From NCBI GenBank assembly GCA_029261035.1, contig JAJDCD010000006.1, forward strand, positions 1,086-65,085: 64,000 bases of DNA. Reading direction: 5' to 3'. Shown here one piece after another: positions 1 through 10,504 of this stretch. Both the position numbers and the translations under genes were made by a program. Every line of letters starts with the position of its first letter. Position 1 is the first letter of the stretch. Under the pieces are notes generated by a model, which was not told where the DNA came from, did not search any database, and saw only the letters and a list, made by a program, of their open reading frames with translations. This DNA comes from Candidatus Omnitrophota bacterium (lineage in GTDB: Bacteria > Omnitrophota > Omnitrophia > Omnitrophales > JACROU01).

Positions 1-297
1 GTATTACAAGTGGATATAGAAAATAATTTACTAATCGTAAAAGGGCAAGTTCCTGGTGTTGAGGGCGGTTTTGTTAGTGTGAATAATTCCGTTAAAAAAG
101 GAAATCAGGATAAGGTCTGGAAATTATACGAAGAACCTAAGGTTGAAGAAGTTGTTGAAGTTAAAGAAGAAGTTCAGGAGACCTCTAAGGAAGATCTGAA
201 ACAAGAACATGTAAAAACAAAAGTTGAAGAACAAAAAGAGGAAGCTCCAGTAGAAAATTTAGAAAAAGAGACTAAAGAAGAAAAAGGCGATAAGTAA
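1..297 (+). CDS. rplC: 50S ribosomal protein L3, C-terminal part; gene begins upstream of the window
   Basis: Position directly upstream of rplD/rplW/rplB. Sequence LLIVKGQVPGVEGGFVSV resembles the L3 C-terminus and is followed by a ~65-aa K/E-rich tail. Confidence 0.75.
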   Translation, partial: VLQVDIENNLLIVKGQVPGVEGGFVSVNNSVKKGNQDKVWKLYEEPKVEEVVEVKEEVQETSKEDLKQEHVKTKVEEQKEEAPVENLEKETKEEKGDK

Positions 298-299
298 AA

Positions 300-971
300 A
301 TGGCACAAGAATTAATTGTAATTACACAAGATGGTAAGGAGTCGGGGAAGGTTGATGTGAACCCTGAAGTTTTTGCTTCAAGGATTAATCAGAGACTCAT
401 AGAGTTAGTGCTTAATGCTTATGCTGGAAATCAAAGAAAAGGTTTAGCGGATACAAAGACACGTCGTGAGGTTAGGGGTGGTGGAAAAAAACCTTGGAGA
501 CAAAAAGGAACGGGAAATGCTAGGCAAGGTTCTATTCGTTCTCCTCAGTGGAGAGGTGGTGGCACTGTATTTGGTCCAACCCCAAGAAGTTATAGAACTG
601 AATTGCCTAAATCTATGAAACGAAAAGCTCTTGTAGCTGCTCTAAGTTTAAAAGCTAAACAAGAAACCATTCAAGTGATTGAATCTTTGAAGTTGAAAAA
701 TCCAAAAACTAAAGAATTGGCTCAGATTATTGAAAATATAAAGCTGGAAAATAAAAAAGTTTTATTTGTCGGAACGAAGCTTGGTGACGAAATTAAAAGA
801 GCTTCAAAGAATATGAGAAAGCGTTTCAAAATTGAAGAAGTTGAAAACGTAAACGCATATGATATTTTGAGAAAACAACATATTATTATTGAAAAAGATG
901 CTTTGGCTGCTTTGGAAAAAAGAGCTCTTGCCACAGGTCGTAATGATAAGGCTAGGAAAGAGAAAGTATAA
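300..971 (+). CDS. rplD: 50S ribosomal protein L4
   Basis: Conserved L4 block (RQKGTGNARQGSIRSPQWRGGG) at the canonical S10-operon position. Confidence 0.95.
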   Translation: MAQELIVITQDGKESGKVDVNPEVFASRINQRLIELVLNAYAGNQRKGLADTKTRREVRGGGKKPWRQKGTGNARQGSIRSPQWRGGGTVFGPTPRSYRTELPKSMKRKALVAALSLKAKQETIQVIESLKLKNPKTKELAQIIENIKLENKKVLFVGTKLGDEIKRASKNMRKRFKIEEVENVNAYDILRKQHIIIEKDALAALEKRALATGRNDKARKEKV

Positions 972-1252
972 TGAAGACCATATATGATGTTATTGTAGAG
1001 CCGTTGATGACAGAAAAAGGTGCTGTTCAAAAAGAACAAGATAAATATTTGTTCAAGGTTGATCGTAAGGCAACGAAAAATGAAATTTCAACTGCGATTC
1101 AAAAGATTTTTAATGTGCATGTGATTAAAGTTCATACAATGAACGTTCGTGGTCGTTTGAAGAGAGTTCGTTATCAACCTGGTTTTACTGCAAGTTGGAA
1201 AAAAGCAATTGTGACTCTTAAAAAGGGTGAAAGTTTAGATTTAACAGCTTAA
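971..1252 (+). CDS. rplW: 50S ribosomal protein L23
   Basis: 93 aa with an L23-like sequence. Its start overlaps the rplD stop. Confidence 0.9.
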   Translation: MKTIYDVIVEPLMTEKGAVQKEQDKYLFKVDRKATKNEISTAIQKIFNVHVIKVHTMNVRGRLKRVRYQPGFTASWKKAIVTLKKGESLDLTA

Positions 1253-1266
1253 TTAAGGAAGATAAT

Positions 1267-2094
1267 ATGGGAATTAAAAAATTTAGACCAGTTACATCAA
1301 CAACACGTTTTAAAACAGCTTTTGACTTTGCTGAAATTACGACGGATAAGCCATATAAACCCCTTACTGTGATTAGGAAAAAAACAGGTGGGCGTAATTC
1401 GAATGGACGAATTACGACGAGGCATAGAGGTGGTGGACATAAGCAACGTATTCGAATTATTGATTTTTATAGAAAAAGGCATGGTGAAGAAGCTAATGTT
1501 CTTACTATTGAGTATGATCCCATTAGAACGGGTCGTATTGCTTTGATAGAATACAAAGATGGGACTAAGAATTATATGCTAGCTCCAGACAAATTAAAAG
1601 TTGGTGATAAGGTTATGAGTGGTGAGATGGCCGAAATTAAAGTCGGTAACCATTTACCTCTTAAAAACATACCTTCTGGAACTCCTGTGCATAATATTGA
1701 ATTGTTAAGCGGTCAAGGGGCAAAATTGGTTCGTTCGGCGGGTGGTGTTGCTCAAATTCTTTCTAAAGAAGAAAAGACAGTTAATATTAAGCTTCCTTCT
1801 GGTGAAGTTAGAATGTTTCCTTTTAATGCCTATGCTACTGTTGGTCAAGTTTCAAATATTGAAAATGAAAAGTTGATTTTAGGAAAAGCTGGAAGAAAAA
1901 GATGGTTGGGTGTAAGACCTACCGTCCGTGGTGTTGCAATGAACCCTGTTGACCATCCGTTGGGTGGTGGTGAAGGTAGAACTTCTGGTGGTCGTCATCC
2001 ATGTTCTCCTTGGGGGCAAAAAGCAAAAGGCTTGAAAACGCGCAAGAAAAATAAAATGACTAACAAGTATGTTGTGAAAGACCGGAGAAAATAA
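1267..2094 (+). CDS. rplB: 50S ribosomal protein L2
   Basis: 275 aa with L2 motifs ([26 protein letters not shown]). Confidence 0.97.
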   Translation: MGIKKFRPVTSTTRFKTAFDFAEITTDKPYKPLTVIRKKTGGRNSNGRITTRHRGGGHKQRIRIIDFYRKRHGEEANVLTIEYDPIRTGRIALIEYKDGTKNYMLAPDKLKVGDKVMSGEMAEIKVGNHLPLKNIPSGTPVHNIELLSGQGAKLVRSAGGVAQILSKEEKTVNIKLPSGEVRMFPFNAYATVGQVSNIENEKLILGKAGRKRWLGVRPTVRGVAMNPVDHPLGGGEGRTSGGRHPCSPWGQKAKGLKTRKKNKMTNKYVVKDRRK

Positions 2095-2096
2095 TA

Positions 2097-2369
2097 ATGT
2101 CTCGATCAAGTAAAAAAGGACCCTATGTTGACGACCGTTTGTTAGAAAAGGTCCAAAAAGCAGAAAAGACAGGCGATAGAAAACCGATCAAAACATGGAG
2201 TCGTAAATGTGCAATTAGTCCTGAATTTATAGGTTTAACATTTGCTGTTCATAATGGAAAAGATTTTATTAGCGTATTTGTTTCTGAAAATATGGTTGGC
2301 CATAAATTAGGTGAATTTGCACCAACTCGTATCTTTCGTAAGCATGCAGGTACAGACAAGAAAAAGTAA
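2097..2369 (+). CDS. rpsS: 30S ribosomal protein S19
   Basis: 90 aa, GPYVD motif, [11 protein letters not shown]. Confidence 0.95.
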   Translation: MSRSSKKGPYVDDRLLEKVQKAEKTGDRKPIKTWSRKCAISPEFIGLTFAVHNGKDFISVFVSENMVGHKLGEFAPTRIFRKHAGTDKKK

Positions 2370-2383
2370 TCGGATAGGAAAGA

Positions 2384-2827
2384 ATGATGAAGACTAAAGT
2401 TTCGGTTAAATATTTAAGAATTTCTCCAAGAAAAGCAAGGCTTGTTCTGAATGCAATTAAAGGCAAGTCTGTGAATGATGCTTTTGATCACTTGCGTTTT
2501 CTAAATAAGAAAGCAGCTCGTTTCACTGAGAGATTGCTAAAATCTGCTGTAGCAAGCGCTGTGGGTAAGAAGATGGATGAGCAGAGATTATATGTAGATG
2601 AAGTTAGATCTGATGGTGGCCCTATATTTAAAAGAATTATGACTCGTTCTATGGGGCGAGCAGACCGTATTAATAAAAGAACAGCGCATTTAACTTTGGT
2701 TTTAGGTGAAAAAGAATTAACAAAAAAAGAGATTAGAGAACAATCTATTGCGGCAACAGAAGAAAAGCCTAAAAAAGGTATGTTTAAGAAAAAAAATAAA
2801 GAGACTAAAGAAGCTGCAAAAAAATAG
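2384..2827 (+). CDS. rplV: 50S ribosomal protein L22 with a K/E-rich C-terminal extension
   Basis: N-terminus KYLRISPRKARLVLNAIKGK matches L22. 147 aa against ~110 typical. Confidence 0.9.
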   Translation: MMKTKVSVKYLRISPRKARLVLNAIKGKSVNDAFDHLRFLNKKAARFTERLLKSAVASAVGKKMDEQRLYVDEVRSDGGPIFKRIMTRSMGRADRINKRTAHLTLVLGEKELTKKEIREQSIAATEEKPKKGMFKKKNKETKEAAKK

Positions 2828-2839
2828 AGGAGTTTAATT

Positions 2840-3676
2840 TTGGGACAGAAAGCACATCCTTACGGATTGAGATTAGGATATATTAGAACCTGGAAAAGTA
2901 AATGGTATGCAAGGAAAGAATATGTGCAGTTTCTTCATGAAGATATTGCTATTAGAAAATATATTAAAAAAACTCTTAGCTTTGCAGGTATTTCTAGTAT
3001 TGAAGTGGAACGTTTTTCTGGAAAAGTTAGAGTTCGTATCTTTACAGCTAGACCAGGAATTATTATTGGAAGAAGAGGGCAGGAAATAGATAGAATTAAG
3101 GACAGTCTTTCAAAAATAACTCCTGATGAAATTATTATAGATATAAAAGAGGTGAAGATCCCTCAAGTTAATGCTCAGCTTGTTGCTGAAAATGTAGCTT
3201 TACAATTGGAAAAAAGAGTCGCGTTTAGGCGTGCAATGAAAAAAGCAATCAGTGCTGCGATGATGAAAGGTGCTGGTGGGATAAAGATTATGTGTGGCGG
3301 ACGTTTGGGTGGTACTGAAATTGCGCGTACAGAAAGTTATAAAGAAGGCAAAGTTCCTTTGAGTACTTTTCGTGCAGATGTTGAATATGGATGTATTGAA
3401 GCGAATACCACTTATGGAAAAATTGGTGTTAAGTGTTGGATTTATAAAGGGGAAGTCTTGGTTAAAAAAGAAGAGGCTGAAGAAGCTAAAGAAAGAGAAG
3501 CACGTTTCAAAAAAAGAGTTAAAAAAGAATTTAAACCAAAGAGTGAAAGTAAAGAACCTTCTGAATCTGGAGTGGTTGCTGCGGTAGCGACGGTAAAGAG
3601 TGATGTGGTAAGTGAGCCGGTTATTGAAAAAAAAGATTTAAAAACTGATAAAGCAACAGAAGATAAGGGTAAATAG
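2840..3676 (+). CDS. rpsC: 30S ribosomal protein S3 (TTG start) with a K/E-rich C-terminal extension
   Basis: Begins [16 protein letters not shown]-domain region present. SD AGAGGAG lies 7 nt upstream of the TTG. 278 aa. Confidence 0.93.
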   Translation: MGQKAHPYGLRLGYIRTWKSKWYARKEYVQFLHEDIAIRKYIKKTLSFAGISSIEVERFSGKVRVRIFTARPGIIIGRRGQEIDRIKDSLSKITPDEIIIDIKEVKIPQVNAQLVAENVALQLEKRVAFRRAMKKAISAAMMKGAGGIKIMCGGRLGGTEIARTESYKEGKVPLSTFRADVEYGCIEANTTYGKIGVKCWIYKGEVLVKKEEAEEAKEREARFKKRVKKEFKPKSESKEPSESGVVAAVATVKSDVVSEPVIEKKDLKTDKATEDKGK

Positions 3677-3678
3677 CA

Positions 3679-4104
3679 ATGCCATTGATGCCTAAAAGAG
3701 TTAAATTTCGTAAAAGTCACAGAGGTCGCCGTAAGGGGAATGCAACTAAGGGCAATTTCCTAGCCTTTGGTGAGTATGGTTTAAAAGTACTTGGACGTGG
3801 ATGGCTTACTTCAATTCAAATTGAAGCTGCTCGTGTTGCCCTAACAAGACACATTAAAAGAGGTGGTAAAGTTTGGATTCGTGTATTCCCAGACAAGCCT
3901 TATACAAAAAAGCCTGCTGAAACACGTATGGGTAAGGGTAAAGGTGCTGTGGAGCACTATGTTGCTGTTGTTAAGCCAGGACAGATTATATTTGAAATGG
4001 ATGGTGTGCCTTCATCTCTAGCTAGATCAGCTTTGAGACTGTGTGCTTTTAAAATTCCATTTAGAACGAAATTTATTAGTCGTCATGCGTCAGAGAAAGA
4101 GTAG
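3679..4104 (+). CDS. rplP: 50S ribosomal protein L16
   Basis: Begins [20 protein letters not shown], as L16 does. Confidence 0.95.
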   Translation: MPLMPKRVKFRKSHRGRRKGNATKGNFLAFGEYGLKVLGRGWLTSIQIEAARVALTRHIKRGGKVWIRVFPDKPYTKKPAETRMGKGKGAVEHYVAVVKPGQIIFEMDGVPSSLARSALRLCAFKIPFRTKFISRHASEKE

Positions 4105-4113
4105 GAATTTAAT

Positions 4114-4311
4114 ATGAAAATGGAAGAAATTAAAGATCTATCTAAAGACGAAATTGAAGCAAAGATATTTGGATTAAAAAAAGAATTGTTTCAATTAAGA
4201 GTGGAAGCTAAGAATCAAAAGTTGGAACAGTTTCATAGGATGAAAGTAGTTAAAAAAAATATTGCAAGATTAATGACGCAAAATACAATTGCTAAAAAAA
4301 CAACGAAGTAG
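4114..4311 (+). CDS. rpmC: 50S ribosomal protein L29
   Basis: 65 aa at the canonical position between rplP and rpsQ. LKKELFQLRVE motif. Confidence 0.88.
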   Translation: MKMEEIKDLSKDEIEAKIFGLKKELFQLRVEAKNQKLEQFHRMKVVKKNIARLMTQNTIAKKTTK

Positions 4312-4320
4312 AGAGAGATT

Positions 4321-4641
4321 ATGTCTGATACTGAAGAAAAAAAAGAAGAAAAAAAAGAAATACCAGCACAAAGAGAAGCTGAGAAATTAGTTGAAGATAA
4401 AAAAAGGTATGCAAAAACCCGTGTGGGGATGGTTGTTTCTGACAAGATGACAAAAACGGTTGTTGTTGAAGTTATGAGATTGATGCAGCACCCTCGTTTC
4501 AAGAAGTATATTAAGAGACATAAGAAGTATAAAGCTCATGACGAAAAGGGAGTTGCTAAGGTAGGCGATAAAGTTATGATTCGTGAAACCAAACCTCTTT
4601 CTAAAACAAAACGGTGGACTGTAGCTGAGGTATTAAAGTAA
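4321..4641 (+). CDS. rpsQ: 30S ribosomal protein S17 with a K/E-rich N-terminal extension
   Basis: S17 core [16 protein letters not shown]...HDE preceded by ~30 extra K/E-rich residues. Confidence 0.9.
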   Translation: MSDTEEKKEEKKEIPAQREAEKLVEDKKRYAKTRVGMVVSDKMTKTVVVEVMRLMQHPRFKKYIKRHKKYKAHDEKGVAKVGDKVMIRETKPLSKTKRWTVAEVLK

Positions 4642-5009
4642 TGATTCAAATGCAAAGTGTAGTAGAGATTGCTGATAATAGCGGGGCTAAAAAAGCAGCC
4701 ATGATTGGTGTTATTGGTCGGCAGAATAAACGAACTGCAGGTATTGGAGATATTATTACTGCAAGCGTAAAAGAAGCGATCCCAAAAGGAAATGTTAAAA
4801 AGGGTGAAGTAGTTAAAGCGGTTGTGGTAAGAACAAGAAGTAGAGTAAAGAGAAAAGATGGAACTGTAGTACGTTTTAATTCAAATGCAATCGTAATTAT
4901 TGATGCTAACAAAAACCCAAGAGGAACGCGTATTTTTGGGCCCGTTGCACGTGAATTAAGAGATAAAGATTTTGGTAAAATTATTTCATTAGCCCCAGAG
5001 GTTGTTTAG
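4641..5009 (+). CDS. rplN: 50S ribosomal protein L14
   Basis: Begins [18 protein letters not shown], 122 aa. Confidence 0.96.
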   Translation: MIQMQSVVEIADNSGAKKAAMIGVIGRQNKRTAGIGDIITASVKEAIPKGNVKKGEVVKAVVVRTRSRVKRKDGTVVRFNSNAIVIIDANKNPRGTRIFGPVARELRDKDFGKIISLAPEVV

Positions 5010-5011
5010 TT

Positions 5012-5320
5012 ATGAAGTTAAAGAAAAATGATAGCGTAAAAGTGATTGCAGGAAAAGACAAGGGTAAGAATGGTAAGATTTTCAGAGTTTACCCAAAGAC
5101 TCAGCGCGTTTTAGTTGAAGGAATAAATTTAGTGTCTAAAAACCAGAGACCAACTCAGGAAAACCCTAAGGGTGGGATTATTCATAAAGAGTCACCAATT
5201 CATGTGTCTAACTTGATGCTTATTGATCCGTCAACATCAAAGCCTACACGCGTTGGTTATTCCTTTTTGTCAGATGGATCCAAAAAGAGAATAAGTAAGA
5301 AGTCCCAGGAGCTATTGTAA
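5012..5320 (+). CDS. rplX: 50S ribosomal protein L24
   Basis: [14 protein letters not shown] is a KOW motif. 102 aa. Confidence 0.92.
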   Translation: MKLKKNDSVKVIAGKDKGKNGKIFRVYPKTQRVLVEGINLVSKNQRPTQENPKGGIIHKESPIHVSNLMLIDPSTSKPTRVGYSFLSDGSKKRISKKSQELL

Positions 5321-5321
5321 G

Positions 5322-5888
5322 ATGAGCGAAAAATATATACCAAGACTACAAAAATATTATGAGAGCGATGTTATTAATAAATTAAAAGAAGAGTTTTCCT
5401 TTTCTAATAGAATGTCCGTGCCTAAGCTAGAAAAAATTGTCATCAATATGGGAATCAAAGAGGGTACTACGGATATTAAAGTTATTGAACAGGCAAAAGT
5501 AGAGTTGTTAGCAATTGCGGGGCAAAGTCCTGTTATTACTCGAGCAAAAAAGTCAGTAGCAGCTTTTAAGTTAAGAGAAGGAATGCCTGTTGGGCTTAAA
5601 GTTACCCTTAGAAAACAAAGAATGTACGAGTTCCTAGAAAGATTGATTTGCATAGCGATGCCTCGTATTAGAGATTTTAGAGGAGCTTCAACAAAATCAT
5701 TTGATAATAGTGGGAATTATTCTATGGGATTAAGTGAACAGATTGTTTTTCCTGAAGTTGAATTTGATAGAGTTAAAAGAGTTCAAGGAATGGATATTAC
5801 AATTGTTACAACAGCCTCTGAGAGAAATCAGTCTTTTAAGCTACTTGAGTATATGGGGTTTCCATTTAGAAAGGCACAAAATGGCTAA
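5322..5888 (+). CDS. rplE: 50S ribosomal protein L5
   Basis: 188 aa. Motifs [18 protein letters not shown] and [10 protein letters not shown] resemble L5. Confidence 0.95.
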   Translation: MSEKYIPRLQKYYESDVINKLKEEFSFSNRMSVPKLEKIVINMGIKEGTTDIKVIEQAKVELLAIAGQSPVITRAKKSVAAFKLREGMPVGLKVTLRKQRMYEFLERLICIAMPRIRDFRGASTKSFDNSGNYSMGLSEQIVFPEVEFDRVKRVQGMDITIVTTASERNQSFKLLEYMGFPFRKAQNG

Positions 5889-6066
5889 AAAGTGTTTAGT
5901 TGTAAAACAAAAGAGAGTACAGAAGTATCCTGTTAGAGAATATAATCGTTGTAAACAATGTGGAAGACCAAGGTCTTTTTTAAGACGTTTTGCATTATGT
6001 CGTATTTGCTTTAGAGAACTAGCGAACGCGGGAATTATTCCAGGCGTTACAAAATCAAGTTGGTAG
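5881..6066 (+). CDS. rpsN: 30S ribosomal protein S14, type Z (zinc-binding)
   Basis: 61 aa starting [12 protein letters not shown] with CKQCGR...CRIC zinc motifs. Overlaps the rplE stop by 8 nt. The longer six-frame ORF from 5734 is not the real start. Confidence 0.9.
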   Translation: MAKKCLVVKQKRVQKYPVREYNRCKQCGRPRSFLRRFALCRICFRELANAGIIPGVTKSSW

Positions 6067-6076
6067 GGAGTTATAT

Positions 6077-6472
6077 ATGTCTGTATCAGATCCAGTAGCT
6101 GATTTTATCACCGTAATAAGAAATGCTTCAAAAGCAAAAAAAAGTAAAGTGATGACTAAGTCGTCTAAACTTTTAAATAGCGTATGTGAAATTTTGAAGA
6201 CAGAGAATTACATAGAAAATTATAAGCCAGTAGATGAAGGTAATAAGAAATTCGTTCGAATTCATTTGAAGTATAACGGGGAAGAGGCGGCTATACATCA
6301 CATCAGCAAAGTTTCTAAGCCTGGCCTAAGAAGTTATATACCTTGTAAAGATATCCCGGTTGTTTTAGGTGGTTTAGGGATGTCTATTCTTTCTACGTCC
6401 AAAGGTATTGTTTCTGGAAAAACTGCCAGAAAAAGTAAGGTGGGCGGAGAATTGTTAATCAAAGTTTGGTAA
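6077..6472 (+). CDS. rpsH: 30S ribosomal protein S8
   Basis: Begins MSVSDPVADFITVIRNA and ends GGELLIKVW, both like S8. Confidence 0.95.
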   Translation: MSVSDPVADFITVIRNASKAKKSKVMTKSSKLLNSVCEILKTENYIENYKPVDEGNKKFVRIHLKYNGEEAAIHHISKVSKPGLRSYIPCKDIPVVLGGLGMSILSTSKGIVSGKTARKSKVGGELLIKVW

Positions 6473-6490
6473 GGAAAGAGGAAATTAAGT

Positions 6491-7027
6491 ATGTCTAGAG
6501 TTGGAAAAGAACCTATATTAATCCCTAGTGGCGTTAAATTGCAATTGAATGGTAATGCCTTAAATATTGAGGGTCCAAAGGGGAAGAAAGAAATGAAGAT
6601 ACATCACCGTATTAAAGTGAGTGTTTCTGATAAAGAAGTTCTTGTTGAGCGCTCAACGAACAACAAGTTGGACCGTTCTCTTCATGGAACGACGCGTTCT
6701 AACATTAACAATCACATTATAGGTGTTACAGAGGGATTTAAAAAAGAATTAGAAATTCAAGGAGTTGGATTTAAAGCGCAATCTAAGGGAAAGACAGTAA
6801 ATTTGGCATTAGGGTTTTCGCATCCTGTCGATTTTCCAGTTCCTGAAGGTATAGAGGTTAAAACGCCTAAACCAACAATAATAGAAGTGACAGGTTTTGA
6901 TAAGTATCTTGTGGGGCAAGTTGCTTCGGACTTAAGAAGATTGTACCCGCCAGAACCTTATAAAGGAAAAGGTGTTCGTTATAAGGGCGAAGTTATTAAG
7001 AGAAAACAAGGAAAGTCTGTAGGATAA
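6491..7027 (+). CDS. rplF: 50S ribosomal protein L6
   Basis: Begins MSRVGKEPILIPSGVK, 178 aa. Confidence 0.95.
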   Translation: MSRVGKEPILIPSGVKLQLNGNALNIEGPKGKKEMKIHHRIKVSVSDKEVLVERSTNNKLDRSLHGTTRSNINNHIIGVTEGFKKELEIQGVGFKAQSKGKTVNLALGFSHPVDFPVPEGIEVKTPKPTIIEVTGFDKYLVGQVASDLRRLYPPEPYKGKGVRYKGEVIKRKQGKSVG

Positions 7028-7031
7028 GCAT

Positions 7032-7403
7032 ATGCCTAAAAAATTAAAAAAAATATATACAACAAAAAAGAAAAGACAGCTGCGTATTAGAAAAAAACTC
7101 AGCGGGACTCCAGAAAAACCAAGGTTAAGTGTTTTTCGTTCTGCGAAAAATATGTCAATTCAAATAATTGATGATGTGAACCAAAAGACATTAATGTCTT
7201 TTTCCACATTGAGTAAAGATTTTCAGTCTAAGGGAAAAACGAGTGGGAATGTAGCGGAAGCAACTCAGCTTGCGGAGTTTTATGGCCCTAAAATAATTGA
7301 AAAGGGCATAAAACAAATTTCCTTTGATCGTAGTGGCTATATTTATCATGGCAGAATCAAGGCGTTAGCTGATACCTTAAGAAAAGCTGGCCTTCAATTT
7401 TAA
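7032..7403 (+). CDS. rplR: 50S ribosomal protein L18
   Basis: Contains [18 protein letters not shown], like L18. 123 aa. Confidence 0.92.
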   Translation: MPKKLKKIYTTKKKRQLRIRKKLSGTPEKPRLSVFRSAKNMSIQIIDDVNQKTLMSFSTLSKDFQSKGKTSGNVAEATQLAEFYGPKIIEKGIKQISFDRSGYIYHGRIKALADTLRKAGLQF

Positions 7404-7431
7404 TCGAATAATAGAAAAAAGAGAAAGATTT

Positions 7432-8016
7432 ATGGTAAAAGAAAAAAAAGAAAACCCAACTAAAGCAGATGAGATTAAAAAAGAAGTAGTAAAAGAAGGA
7501 AAGCAGGTTGTTGCTACAGTAAAAGAAGATCGTAAGCTTGCGGCAACTCCTCTTGAGCAAGACTTTTACGAAAAAGTAATTACGGTTAACCGTTGTTCTA
7601 AAGTAGTTAAGGGTGGTAAAAGGTTTTCCTTTTCGGCTCTTGTTGTTGTTGGAAATGGGCAAGGTGAGGTTGGATACGCTATTGGAAAAGCAAAAGAAGT
7701 TGCGGAAGCTATCCGTAAAGGGAATCAGAAAGCAAAAAAAAATATATTCAGAGTTAGACTTAAAGGGACAACGATTCCTCACGAAGTTTTGGGGCATTAC
7801 GGTGCTGGAAAAGTTATGTTGAAGCCAGCCTCTCCAGGTACTGGAATTATTGCTGGTGGAGCAGTTCGGGCGGTATGTCAAGCGTTGGGTGTTAAAGACA
7901 TTTTAACCAAATGCCTTGGAACTAATAATCCAATTAATGTTGTGAAAGCTACTGCTAAAGGATTTCAAGATTTGATTTATAGCGACCAAACAAATGGGTC
8001 GTCAGAGAAAGGTTAA
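7432..8016 (+). CDS. rpsE: 30S ribosomal protein S5 with a ~45-aa K/E-rich N-terminal extension
   Basis: S5 core [39 protein letters not shown]. Confidence 0.93.
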   Translation: MVKEKKENPTKADEIKKEVVKEGKQVVATVKEDRKLAATPLEQDFYEKVITVNRCSKVVKGGKRFSFSALVVVGNGQGEVGYAIGKAKEVAEAIRKGNQKAKKNIFRVRLKGTTIPHEVLGHYGAGKVMLKPASPGTGIIAGGAVRAVCQALGVKDILTKCLGTNNPINVVKATAKGFQDLIYSDQTNGSSEKG

Positions 8017-8026
8017 GAATAGTCTA

Positions 8027-8476
8027 ATGATCGCTAAGAAACCATATAAAAAGAAACGTAAAAGATTAGGTCGTGGAGCAGGTTCTGGAACTGGGAAAAC
8101 TTCTGGTAAAGGGCACAAAGGGCAGTTGTCACGTTCGGGTAATGGAAAAGGAAAGAATCCTGGTTTTGAAGGAGGTCAATTTCCATTGTATCGTCGCGTG
8201 CCTAAACGAGGATTTATCTCTCCATTTAAGAAAGATTTCGCTATTCTTAATTTAAGTGATTTGGAAAGAATGACTGAGACGGAAATAGATCCGAAAAAAG
8301 CAATTGATATTCGATTAATTAGTCGCTTGAAAGATGGTTTGAAAATATTGGGAAAAGGTAAAATTAATAAAGCAGTTCAAGTGAAAGCTCATGCTTTTAG
8401 TGCCAGCGCAAAAGAAGGAATAGAAAAAGCTGGGGGTAAGGCGTTATTGATTACTGAAACTAAAGAAACGGCATAA
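8027..8476 (+). CDS. rplO: 50S ribosomal protein L15
   Basis: Contains [20 protein letters not shown], like L15. The start is ambiguous: an in-frame ATG at 7994 overlaps the rpsE 3' end, so I chose 8027. No rpmD (L30) lies between rpsE and rplO. Confidence 0.85.
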   Translation: MIAKKPYKKKRKRLGRGAGSGTGKTSGKGHKGQLSRSGNGKGKNPGFEGGQFPLYRRVPKRGFISPFKKDFAILNLSDLERMTETEIDPKKAIDIRLISRLKDGLKILGKGKINKAVQVKAHAFSASAKEGIEKAGGKALLITETKETA

Positions 8477-8483
8477 GGACGTA

Positions 8484-9839
8484 ATGATACAGGCTCTAGC
8501 GAACTCTTTTAAAATACCCGAACTCAGAAATAAAATATTATTTACTTTGGGCATTATTGTTGTTTATCGTATTGGTGCATTTGTTCCTACACCTGGAATT
8601 GATGGTTATGCGCTCAATCAGTTCTTTCAGAGTATCTCAGGTACTCCTGGGGGAAGGCTCTTTGGCATTATGGGAATGTTTTCTGGGGGAGCACTTCAGA
8701 AAGCTACGATTTTTGCGTTGGGTATTATGCCTTATATTTCGGCATCTATTATTCTTCAGTTGTTAACGGTTGTAATTCCTCATTTGGAAAAGTTAGCAAA
8801 AGAAGGTGGTGATGAAGGAAGAAAGAAGATAATACAGTATACTCGCTATACAACAGTGGGTTTAGCGCTGATACAAACTTTTTTTATAGCTTTGTGGCTG
8901 GAGAATCCTAACGCGTTTCAAGGTACTGTTGTTGTTCCAAATCCAGGATGGGCATTTAGATTGATGACTATTCTGACTTTAACTACAGGGACTGCTTTTA
9001 TTATGTGGTTAGGAGAGCAGATTGACCAATATGGAATAGGAAATGGAATGTCCATGTTGATTACTGTAGGGATTATTGAATCAATCCCGACAGCAATTTG
9101 GCAGACTTTTATTTTGGTTTCTCCATTTGACCCAGCAAGACAACAGTTAGCTTATTGGAAATTAGCAATTATGGTTGCGTTGTTTTTGGGTGTTGTTCTC
9201 GGTGTGATTTCAATTATTCAGGGGCAGAGGCGCATACCTGTTCAATATGCAAAGCAAATTAGAGGGCATAGGGTTTATGGTGGGGGGAGTACTTATCTGC
9301 CTTTAAAAGTAAACCAAGCAGGTGTAATTCCTATTATTTTTGCTCAATCAATTATTTTATTTCCGGCTACTATAGGAGCTTTTATTAGGACCCCTTGGAT
9401 GCAGAATGTGGTTCAAGCGTTGAGCCCAGATAGTTGGATTTATCAAATGCTGTATGCTTTATTTATTATCTTTTTTACTTTTTTCTATACAGCAATAACT
9501 TTTAACCCTATAGAAGTTTCTGCTAATTTACAGAAGTATGGGGGTTTTATTCCAGGCATTAGGCCTGGGAAAAATACGGCTTCATATTTAGATTTTATTA
9601 TGACTCGTATTGCGTTTAGTGGTGCAATGTTTTTAGCCATTATTGCTTTGATTCCGAGTGTGGTATCTTCTCCAAGAGTTATGAATATACCATTTTTGAT
9701 TGCGAGTTTTTTTGGAGGAACAGGACTTTTGATTATTGTAGGTGTTTTATTAGACACGGCTAAGCAGATCGAAAGCCAGTTGTTGACAAGGCATTATGAA
9801 GGTTTCTTTAAAAAGGGAAAGATTAAAGGAAGAAGATGA
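8484..9839 (+). CDS. secY: preprotein translocase subunit SecY
   Basis: 451 aa, 10 predicted TM segments, canonical position after rplO. Confidence 0.96.
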   Translation: MIQALANSFKIPELRNKILFTLGIIVVYRIGAFVPTPGIDGYALNQFFQSISGTPGGRLFGIMGMFSGGALQKATIFALGIMPYISASIILQLLTVVIPHLEKLAKEGGDEGRKKIIQYTRYTTVGLALIQTFFIALWLENPNAFQGTVVVPNPGWAFRLMTILTLTTGTAFIMWLGEQIDQYGIGNGMSMLITVGIIESIPTAIWQTFILVSPFDPARQQLAYWKLAIMVALFLGVVLGVISIIQGQRRIPVQYAKQIRGHRVYGGGSTYLPLKVNQAGVIPIIFAQSIILFPATIGAFIRTPWMQNVVQALSPDSWIYQMLYALFIIFFTFFYTAITFNPIEVSANLQKYGGFIPGIRPGKNTASYLDFIMTRIAFSGAMFLAIIALIPSVVSSPRVMNIPFLIASFFGGTGLLIIVGVLLDTAKQIESQLLTRHYEGFFKKGKIKGRR

Positions 9840-10504
9840 GATTAGTTTTTTTGGGTCCTCCAGGAGCAGGAAAAGGGACTCATGCAAAAATATTAAGTGA
9901 GCGATATCAAATCCCGCATATATCAACGGGCGATATATTACGATCGAAAATTAAAGATGGTTCCGAAATTGGAAAAAAAGCAAAGCAGTTCATGGAATCA
10001 GGTGGGTTAGTTCCGGACGAAGTAGTGATTGATATGGTTACAGAAAGGCTTCAAGAACCAGATACGAAAAAAGGTTTTTTACTTGATGGCTTTCCAAGAA
10101 CTTTAAATCAAGCAAAAGCGTTTGATTTAGCTCTTTCACAATTAGAAATGAAGTTAGATTCAGTTTTGTATTTCAAAGCATCTCTGGAAACTCTTTTAAT
10201 GAGATTGACGGGTAGAAGAGTCTGTTCTCAGTGTGGAGCGACGTACCATGTTAAAAATCTTCCACCTAAAAAAGAAGGGTTTTGTGATTTCTGTGAAAAT
10301 ACAGAAATTATACAACGTAAAGATGATAACGAAGATACGATAAAGAATCGATTAGATGTGTATGACAAAGATACAGCGCCTCTGATTAATTTTTATAAAT
10401 CTTTAGATGTTTTGAGTGATATGAATGCGGATCTAGATGTTGAAGAGCTGGATATTGATCTAGAAAAAGTTTTAGCACCAATAGTAAATGGCGGCTCTGA
10501 ATGA
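9836..10504 (+). CDS. adk: adenylate kinase (zinc-binding lid, CxxC...CxxC)
   Basis: P-loop GPPGAGKGT and lid motif CSQCG...CDFC. Start overlaps the secY stop (ATGA). Confidence 0.95.
   Translation: MRLVFLGPPGAGKGTHAKILSERYQIPHISTGDILRSKIKDGSEIGKKAKQFMESGGLVPDEVVIDMVTERLQEPDTKKGFLLDGFPRTLNQAKAFDLALSQLEMKLDSVLYFKASLETLLMRLTGRRVCSQCGATYHVKNLPPKKEGFCDFCENTEIIQRKDDNEDTIKNRLDVYDKDTAPLINFYKSLDVLSDMNADLDVEELDIDLEKVLAPIVNGGSE

Noticed and set aside
722-1039. Minus-strand ORFs antisense to ribosomal protein and other housekeeping genes. The ORFs are 722-1039, 1297-1482, 4233-4502, 7357-7881, 27690-28052, 31683-32162 and 55539-55865.
   Set aside because: Each lies entirely within a strongly supported + strand gene, has no SD, and has low-complexity composition typical of antisense frames of AT-rich, lysine-rich coding DNA.
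5734-5880. Long N-terminal extension of the S14 ORF ([10 protein letters not shown]...)
   Set aside because: It overlaps the 3' end of rplE in another frame. The conserved type-Z S14 begins at [10 protein letters not shown] (5881).
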